Source: Eledone cirrhosa (Eukaryota). From it: DNA of 30,396 nucleotides. Of this stretch, positions 22,550 through 30,396 are shown one piece after another (position 1 is the stretch's first letter; the number at the start of each line of letters is the position of its first letter). The stretch spans positions 1 to 30,396 of the forward strand of contig CAXHJY010000288.1 in NCBI GenBank assembly GCA_964016885.1, given 5' to 3'. The notes under the pieces were generated by a model. That model was given only the letters and a program-made list of their open reading frames with translations. It was not told the DNA's origin and searched no databases. Position numbers and translations under genes: made by a program.

Positions 22550-23150
22550 TAAAATGTTCACCCGTGATGGCTCTATAAACAATAGCGTTGCTGATAAAAC
22601 CAATATAATTACTTCACACTCCAATTCTTCTTTCACGAACACTTCCTCCACACTCTCACGCGCAGGGCCGAATTTAATGGAGGGAGTTATTGCGTCCAAG
22701 GTATTAATTACAGGATAAAGATGGAAAGGAAAGGCTTTCTTAATAAACTCCTGTCTGAGAAAGAAATTCAACACCAACAAAAAGGTAGAATACAATCCGC
22801 AGTAAGATATCTAAATACTGGGACTTAACCAGCCACTTCCTTTGGGTGTTGTTCCTCATCGAGAGCTCTGGTTTCATCGATCTGCGAACTGACATTCTTC
22901 TCCGCAAAATTGGGAAGAGTGCATCCCGCCTGAGGGATGTCACCCCAGGCCTTACACATCTGCTGGATTTAGCTCATGGCTTGTCGTTCTCTGCTAGCTT
23001 TTTCTTGTGTAGGCTCCCACAAAAGAACTTCACTAACAATCTCATCTTTAGCTCTCGATTATGGAAGAAAAGAGAAGTTCGAGGAGCGGGCACACCTGAG
23101 GTCTTGACGGCGATCGTTGCACAACGGAATTGGTTGATTAAAGATTATAG
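22550..23150 (+). mobile_element. Possible heavily degraded, internally deleted LINE ORF2 relic
   Basis: GC-richer island with motif-like pieces DKTNII...SSFT, ILGL, THLLD and FTNNLIFSSRLWK in LINE order. Weak. Confidence 0.3.
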
Positions 23151-24000
23151 AGATCTTCCTCTCCTCGGTATTGCGGGTGGCGGTGCCAGGGTTTGAGACC
23201 GAGGTGACAAGGCTAGAAGAGAAAACGAGCCGCAGCACATGGCATCCCAGATTAGGGATTTATCTCCCTAAAAAAGGAAGATAGATATCCCGTCTGAACG
23301 CTTTCCATCTCCACGGTGGAGGCCAGCTGGCTCTGGTTGCAACGATTATGTCTTTCAGAGCGGCGTATCGCTATGCCAGTAGGATAGCGGGTGTAGACCG
23401 ATCTCGTCAACAACGGCTCCACAACGGCATTTGTGTGGCTCACATACCCGGAGGCCGAGGTGCTGGCTCACTCCAATGTGACTGCACTCATCATTAACAA
23501 GGTTACCGGTTGATGATGATGGCACCGAATTGAACCATGCATCGCTTGATTAAATTAAACATATTTACGGTTATAAACAGTAACATTGCCATATATTTTA
23601 ATGTGGTTATTAAATTTTAAAATAATTCGTAAATTGATATATGTAGTTGGGCGGTGAAAAACTATATCTGTGGCGTTTCTAGAAGTCATATGAATGAAAA
23701 TGTTTTAAATTTAGTTTATCAGAAACATGAAAGAAAAAATAGGTAATTAGATAAAAGGAGTTCGTGTTTCTTCATAATTTTTTACTTAATTAGTCATACT
23801 AATGGCTTTTTTCTATTGGCTGGCAGCTTCATTACTAATACTTTGCTAATTCGCTTTCAGTTTTGTTTTGTTTTTTCGCGGGAATTTCCTTTAAAATAAA
23901 AATTCTACGAGAGCTGTCTATGATTAGAATATGAATATATAACAGAAAGCTGTTAATAAAATATTTTGCTTCCTATGGAAAAAGGTTATCTTTTATAATA

Positions 24001-24145
24001 GTTTCTGATTTAGGCACAAGTCCAACAATTTAGGGGGAGGGGAAAGTCGATTAAATCGACCCCAGTGAATTACTGGTACTTTATTTTATCGACCCCGTAA
24101 GGATGAAAGGCAAAGCTAAGTTTGACAGGATTTGAACTCACAACG
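24001..24145 (-). mobile_element. SINE copy (3' half)
   Basis: Core and tail match the family. Confidence 0.8.
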
Positions 24146-24307
24146 TATGAAAGTTGGTGTGTATCTACGTTGTAAAATGTCTGCCACGCTGGAAAGAGGT
24201 TGGTGTGAGGGGGGGGGGGATAAAACAGAGAAAGAAAGGGAGTTGGTGGCAGTGAAACATTGTATTCGAGAGAAAAATTATCAGTGGTGATGGAAAGGTG
24301 ATTGTAA

Positions 24308-24424
<117 letters not shown>

Positions 24425-24619
24425 TGCATGAGTGTGTTTAAAAAGTAAACAGAAATAATGAAACAAATGACACAGTACATTGACGAAATATATTAGTTTA
24501 ACGCTTGAAATAAAAGGAAAAGAGACTTAACGTTTCAGAAGCAATATCGTGTAGCACTTCACTATTTTTTATTATATGTATAACTATGGGTAGATTGCTG
24601 ATGGGTATCTGAAGGTGAC

Positions 24620-24965
24620 CACAGTAAAAAAAAGGTGCTCAATACGTTGTTAGAGTATAGGCGTCTCCCTTGCGGTCCTCCGAAGAAACGCCTTCTCCAT
24701 TCTGTCCGCCGAGGCTGTGGGGAGGCCACCAATATGATTGACTGACTTGTCATTTTATCAGTCAGATGGCCACTCTCCCACCACTCAGATACCAGTCTAG
24801 TACGCTACCCCATAGTATTAACTGTAACTGTTGACTATTTTGTAGACACATGTATGTTTATTTTATATAGAAATGACTTCTACAGAACTAGAACTGTCTC
24901 ATTCGTATGAAATCATCAGGAATGTCCATTCCTGATGAGTTATGTAGAGGTTATTTCTATATAAT
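24620..24965 (-). mobile_element. Diverged copy of the 5905-6035 HHR repeat, with an approximately 200-bp insertion and a terminal fold-back
   Basis: AGGTGACCACAGTAA...GGTGCTCAATAC...AGAGTATA and TTCTACAGAACTAGAACTGTCTCATTC...GAAATCATCAGGAAT match the 5.9-kb copy. The HHR has GAAAC changed to GAGAC. Confidence 0.65.
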
Positions 24966-25120
24966 ATATACGTGTGTGAGTGTGTGTGTGTACGTGTGTA
25001 TAACACAAGAAGTAAATATAAGGTCAAATCAAATACGTACAAGCACACACACACACACATATATATATATAGAGAGAGAGATAGATAGATATAGATATAG
25101 ATATATACGCAAATGTATAT

Positions 25121-25226
<106 letters not shown>

Positions 25227-25415
25227 ATACTTGGGGAGGGTCATATTTGTGTAATAATATTGCCAGAATTAATAACAGAACACAGTCACTGTTTGCTTGG
25301 TTTTCGCTTCTGTGTCTTTTATATCGGTTAATTTAATTTATTCGGTCCTTACCATTGACTGACCAACGGTCAAAAATACAGATATAATATAGACACAAAC
25401 ACATATATATAGTCT

Positions 25416-25457
25416 AACAAAGTTCTTTCGTTGCACATCTGCAACATCGTCAGTGGT
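25416..25457 (-). ncRNA. Hammerhead motif in the 3' region of the adjacent PLE
   Basis: The minus strand reads ACCA CUGACGA u GUUGCA gaug UGCAAC GAAA GAAC UU^ UGUU. It is on the same strand as the GIY-YIG frame, about 220 nt downstream. Confidence 0.62.
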
Positions 25458-25678
25458 GCTATTATGTTTCCTCCTGTTGTATTGTATGCCTACGCCATCT
25501 TTATTTAGTCTGTTTATTTATTTTTGCCTTCTTCTCTGCGCATGCGTTTGCGTGCGTGTATTGTGTTTGGGTACTGTGTATGGGTTATTGTATTCTATCT
25601 TAATTTACTAGTGTGTGCTTATATGTGTTTATTGTTATTGTGCTTGTGTATGTATTTATTAATTTTTTATTTATTTAT

Positions 25679-26199
25679 TTATACTTCTCTTAGGTCAGTA
25701 TTGTTTGCTTGGGTGTTGTTATTCCATTCATTTTGTTCTGTTTAACCTTGGCCTTCTAAGTTCTATTTCACTGGCCTCTCTGATTTGCCTATCTGCTGGA
25801 TCATTTCTATGTTTAGATATTATTCTAATTTCTATGGTATCTATGTTACCGTCGTGTTGTTGTCTGGCATGTTCATATACTACTGAACCGTTTTTTTCGT
25901 CCTTTAAGTTCCCCCCAGTGTTGGTCTATCCTTTCACCTATGCTACGAGCTGTCTCGCCTATGTATGTTGTTGTCATGTTTCTGCAAGTACCCTCTGTAC
26001 ATCTTATGCTATAGACTACGTTTCTAGTCTTACAGTTTATCCGGGAGTTTACTTTACATATAATACATTTCCTATTAGTACAGTGGGTTTTCTTAAAAGG
26101 GTAGGTTTTGCTGATCAGGGATTTTATGGTGGTTCCTGGCTATTCTACCACCTTAATCTTTAAGTGGGTCTTTCTCAGGGCCTCCCCAAGTATAACAAT
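25679..26199 (-). mobile_element. Penelope-like element fragment (Neptune-like): Cys-rich linker plus GIY-YIG endonuclease, pseudogenised
   Basis: Manual translation gives HCTNRKCIICKVNSRINCKTRNVVYSIRCTEGTC...TYIGETARSIGERIDQH...SVVYEHARQQH...RQIREASEIELRRPRLN..EW. There is one stop, and frameshifts at about 25913 and 25735. Confidence 0.88.
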
Positions 26200-26263
26200 A
26201 TTTGTTTCATATCAAACACGATTTCATATAAAAAACCTCGCAAAACTAATTCATCGCCATTAT

Positions 26264-26441
26264 ATTGGCAGTATCGGTAGAGGGTCGGACGCCATGCTTT
26301 GACGCATAGAGTTACGGCCCTTGCTATTCTGAGTTCAAATCCCGCCGAGGTTAACTTTGCCTTTCATCCTTAAGTGGTCGATAAAATAAAGTACCAGTAA
26401 TGTACTGCGTAAATCTTGGCCTTGTGCCAATAGTAGAAACA
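26264..26441 (+). mobile_element. tRNA-derived SINE copy
   Basis: Same family as 5335-5523. Confidence 0.88.
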
Positions 26442-26473
26442 GTTATATATATATACATATAAGTTTATCATGC

Positions 26474-26595
26474 GTTCAATCGGGGGTAACCACAGTAAGT
26501 AAGGTACTCAATATAAAGCAGAGTATAAATATTTAATATAGAAATGGCTTCTACAGGACTAGAACTGTTCTAGTCCTGTAGAAGCCTTTCTATAT

Positions 26596-26602
<7 letters not shown>
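26474..26602 (-). mobile_element. Truncated copy of the 5905-6035 HHR repeat ending in a fold-back palindrome (centre 26566)
   Basis: GGTAACCACAGTAAGTAAGGTACTCAATA...TTCTACAGGACTAGAACTGTT is shared with the 5.9-kb copy. Arms are 26529-26565 and 26567-26602. Confidence 0.8.
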
Positions 26603-26642
<40 letters not shown>

Positions 26643-26916
26643 AGAAGGGATATTCAATTTGTTGGTAATTCAACAAATATAAATGTTTATAACTGATTCA
26701 GAACACTCAACAGATTTTCTGGAGTATAATATACAATGATATTAAATAAATGGAAACTATATTTATAAAACCATATTTATTCTATTATATATATTTCAAG
26801 GGTACCAAAACTTTCGTACGCCCTCATCAGATAAAATAGGAAGTATGTTTTATAAATTTTGACATAACCAAGGATAATATACCTTAACGGTTTAAGTTAT
26901 CCCTGGATAACTTGAA

Positions 26917-27063
26917 CCGTTTATGTATTAAAGGTCAATATGGCATTGTCATGTTTATATATATATATATATATATAGTAATAATAATAATAATAATAAA
27001 TTTGAAGATCCCGTTAAGGATGAAAGCAGCGATTCTCTGCTTAAACTTTAATCTGTTATTTTA

Positions 27064-27105
<42 letters not shown>

Positions 27106-27141
27106 ATTACAATGTCATATTGACCTTTAATACATAAATGG
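26917..27141. repeat. Inverted repeats of about 40 bp flanking (TA)n tracts and a truncated HHR-like core (27002-27042, plus)
   Basis: 26917-26958 versus the reverse complement of 27101-27141. The core reads UUGAAGA UCCC guuaa GGAU GAAA GCAG cgauucu CUGC UU^. Confidence 0.6.
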
Positions 27142-27811
27142 TATTTTTAATTAAGGCAAGGAATTTCCACGAGGCCAGCCATTTTTATATCATAGTGAGT
27201 TGATACGTGACATGCTGGAGACAATGAATTGATACCTTAAGAAAGGAGCTTATGATTAATTACTTGAGTCTTCAGTGTTGGAGAGAAGCTATGACGTCCA
27301 CCATAATGTGATAAAGACATAAACAGCAACCATATGTGTCTACTTTGGAGAAAGAAGTTAGAAACGTATTAGAAATCCGAGATATTCGTGGGAATTGATG
27401 ATGGATGGTGTTCTGGGAAGTATTATATTCACTTATTATTGCTTATCAAGCTGATCACTAAATACGTTGAATGGTTCTGGAAATGTGGATATTAAACTAA
27501 ATCCTGATAATCGGTAAGCTAAGGGGGAACTATCAATCTGGTAATGTAACAATATAGTGTAATCTTTAATCAGTTTTCTGGCTTTCATATCAATAAACGT
27601 AACTCTATGATTCACTGCAAAAAGAATCGGCTGCGTTCCGAGTTAGAGAGATTGGCTCCGCCAGGTTTTGAAAAGTGCTCAAGACATGCAATGTATCAGG
27701 ATGGCGTCCCTTCGATTCTATTAAGAGTTAAGGGCCGTTTACTTTTACCTATATTATTGATAAGAAGAAAATTTTAAAGAGTTTTACAATAACAACAGAT
27801 ATACGGAATGT

Positions 27812-28118
27812 TTAGTCAACAAAATTTTGGGTTTTTTTTTTTACTGACCTAAGTTTGAGACCTCTTCTTGAGTAATTTGGGGCCGCTGAGTTTTAAAATG
27901 ACAACACTTTGATTCTATCACGTCAAGTTTTCTCTTTGCCAACAAGGAGGGTATACAAAATATCTGTGTTTCCCGTGTTTATGGGATAGCTGAGGGAAAG
28001 ACAAACATGAAAACCTGATGTGTTAGGAAACAACGGATGTCATTTTTGAAATCAACACTTCAAAATTAGCTAAAAACAGTAACAATACCTAAGTCAGAAA
28101 AAAGTGTGTTGACCACTG
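27812..28118. mobile_element. Possible old MITE / DNA-transposon derivative
   Basis: Nested degenerate inverted matches: TAGTCAACA/TGTTGACCA, CTGACCTAAGT/ACCTAAGTCAG and TGAGTTTTAAAATGACA/TGTCATTTTTGAAATCA. Confidence 0.4.
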
Positions 28119-28497
28119 TTATTGTTACATTAACTACTTTAAAAGATCGGCCTGTATGAAAGTTGTAGAATGTCTGACAAGAGAGTTAATAGTGCGATTT
28201 ATTGTAAAGTGTAGTTTTTTATGTAAAGTGGTGTTGTCAGCAGGTACGAAATGTGATAACACATACATTCAACAATTATAAAATATTTGGTGTTGTAGAA
28301 ATGTCTTGTTCCCAGACATTGAATGATCAAGACAGAATTATAGTTAATATCTGCCGTCTACAGAATACTATCAAACAATTAATATTTTTATTGGTGTTGT
28401 CAATTATCATATAGCAGAAGAGTCGCTAATATCTAGTGAGTTGTCTATCTTAACATTTGTTAGTCAGACACACTCATAACCATTCTGGTAACATTGA

Positions 28498-28596
28498 TTT
28501 CTTATTGAGACACAAGACAGACAATTTAGGGGAGAGGAAAGTCGATTATATCGTTTCCAGTACTTGAATGGTACTTTATTTTATCGACCACATAAG
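28498..28596 (-). mobile_element. SINE 3' fragment
   Basis: Tail and core match the family. Confidence 0.65.
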
Positions 28597-28670
28597 GTTG
28601 TTTGAGGATAATCTTCCATGTTGAGATATGCAAGATCTTTAGTGTATCTCGACATTTAGAAATATCATAT

Positions 28671-29065
28671 AATTGTTTCTACTTTTTGGCACAAGGCCAG
28701 CAATTACCCAGTGCATTACTGGTACTTTATTTTATCGACCCCGTATGGATGAAAGGCAAAGTTAACCTCGGCAGGATTCGAACTCAGAATGGCAAGGGCC
28801 GTAACTCTATGCGTCAAAGCATAGCGTCCGACCCTCTACCGATACTGCCAATCCACCGTATTTAGAAATATCATATAATTGTTTCTACTTATGGCACAAG
28901 GCCAGCAATTACCCAGTGCATTACTGGTACTTTACTTTATCGACCCCGTAAGGATGAAAGGCAAAGTTAACCTCGGCGGGATTTGAACTCAGGACATAAA
29001 GAGACGTAACTCTTTGCTATAAAGCATGTTGTCCGACGCTCTACTGATACTGGCAATCCACCAAC
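28671..29065 (-). mobile_element. Two tandem SINE copies (28671-28858, 28877-29065)
   Basis: Both are near full length. ATTTAGAAATATCATAT is duplicated at 28654-28670 and 28860-28876. Confidence 0.88.
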
Positions 29066-29313
29066 CTATATGATTGTGAAAGTAATAACAATGTTTCTGT
29101 TGAAAGTAGGGTTCATTAGAAGAGAAATCCTAATACTGTAGTAGAACAGGACCGTAATTAATTAGATCAAAGGAGGAGAGATTACTGATAATATTTTATC
29201 GATCCCAGAATAATTGAAAATAAATGTTGAACCCAGCAAAACTGAAATCAGAAATGACAGGAACAAAATTTCTCGTTACAAATTCATTCGCCTCTCCCTC
29301 ACATTATATTAAT

Positions 29314-29794
29314 GGTTTCTAATTTAAGCACAAGGCCAGCAATTTGGGTGAGAGGAAAGTCGATTAAATCGGCTCCAGTGTATTACGGTGAAGGCGCATG
29401 GCTTAGTGGTTAGAGCATTAGGCTTGCAATCGAAAGGTTGTGAGTTCAATTCTCGGACCGAGTGATGTGTTGTTTCCTTGAGCAAGACACTTTATTTCAC
29501 GTTGCTCCAGTTTACTCAGCTGTAGAAATGAGATGATAGGACTGAGGTCCCTATCATTAAATCACCCAAGACACCTCCAACGAGATATACCTTGGAGGAG
29601 GCAGCTAAACCTGCATAGGTGTGAGTTGTAACAACAACAACAAGTGTATTACTGGTACTTTATTTTATCAACCCCGTAAGGATGAAAGATAAAGCTAACC
29701 TCGGCGGGATTTGGACTCAGAACCTAAAGGGCCGTAATTCTATGCCGTGAAGTATGGCGTCCGGCGTTCTACCGATTACTGCCAATCAACCGCC
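29314..29794 (-). mobile_element. SINE copy split by a nested insertion
   Basis: Halves 29314-29386 and 29643-29794 rejoin at AGTGTATTAC. Confidence 0.85.
29387..29642 (+). mobile_element. tRNA-derived CORE-like SINE with (CAA)n tail and 10-bp TSD
   Basis: A box TGGCTTAGTGG, B box GAGTTCAATTC, CORE-like CCTTGAGCAAGACACTT...CTGTAGAAATG, and TSD AGTGTATTAC at 29377-29386 and 29643-29652. Confidence 0.85.
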
Positions 29795-30208
29795 TTAACA
29801 TTATAATAATAATTTACTGGAACATAATAATTACAAACATTGTAGGGTCCAATATAAAAAGGCCTATCAAGGATTTTCGAAGTCATTCCACCACTTTACG
29901 TCCTCGAATTCTTTAGAGAAAGCCATGTAATTCTCAATAGTCCCCTCTATCTAAAACGTACACCAATAATAGAGAATATTAAGACATCGATCTTGGAACA
30001 ATTTACAACTCAGCTTCTAGGGATGATAGAAAAATTAAGATTAAGATGTAAAAATCCTTATAAATAAATTCCACTAATTGAATATTGAGCCAAGGAGTAG
30101 AATAAGTGTCAGTTGGTTGTTAAACAAACAAAACAATTGTTTTATATAGTGAGATGCTGGCTTCCATTGGTGAAATTATAACATTTACAATACATACTCG
30201 AGTACACC

Positions 30209-30396
30209 ACATAGATGTATCTCTATATACATATATACACAGCTGACATATATACTACATAGATGTATCTCTATATACATATATACACGGCTGACATATA
30301 TACTACATAGATGTATTTATATATACATATATATACAGCTCTCATTTATATACTACATACATGTATTTCTACATACATATATATATATACACAGTT
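30209..30396. repeat. Minisatellite, about 48-bp unit, about 4 copies
   Basis: ACATAGATGTAT... starts at 30209, 30257, 30305 and 30355. Confidence 0.88.

Noticed and set aside
25705-26163. 152-aa plus-strand ORF (likewise 60-317 and 14259-14546)
   Set aside because: These are antisense shadows of transposon coding fragments on the minus strand.
26805-26840. Minus-strand CTGATGA...CGAAA motif
   Set aside because: Stems I and III do not pair convincingly.
29387-29460. tRNA gene
   Set aside because: A and B boxes are present, but the sequence continues into a SINE body with a tail and TSD.

Overview
AT-rich, repeat-dominated, non-coding animal DNA. The SINE families look cephalopod/Octopus-like (from recollection, not a search). 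No intact protein-coding gene was found, and most ORF-track entries are artefacts of (TA)n/(CA)n microsatellites. The main signal is an unusual density of type I hammerhead-ribozyme (HHR) motifs from about ten unrelated sequence families, mostly in short islands within (TA)n. The centrepiece is 8802-12038: about 7 near-identical 466-bp units, each carrying an intact HHR. Two units face one way and about five the other, and the inversion point sits exactly on a hairpin built into the unit, which suggests fold-back priming. Two Penelope-like (PLE) GIY-YIG endonuclease fragments (12299-12715, 25679-26199) and several other long fold-back palindromes lie nearby. The window also holds LINE relics (RTE, CRE-like and others), two tRNA-derived SINE families and MITE-like elements.
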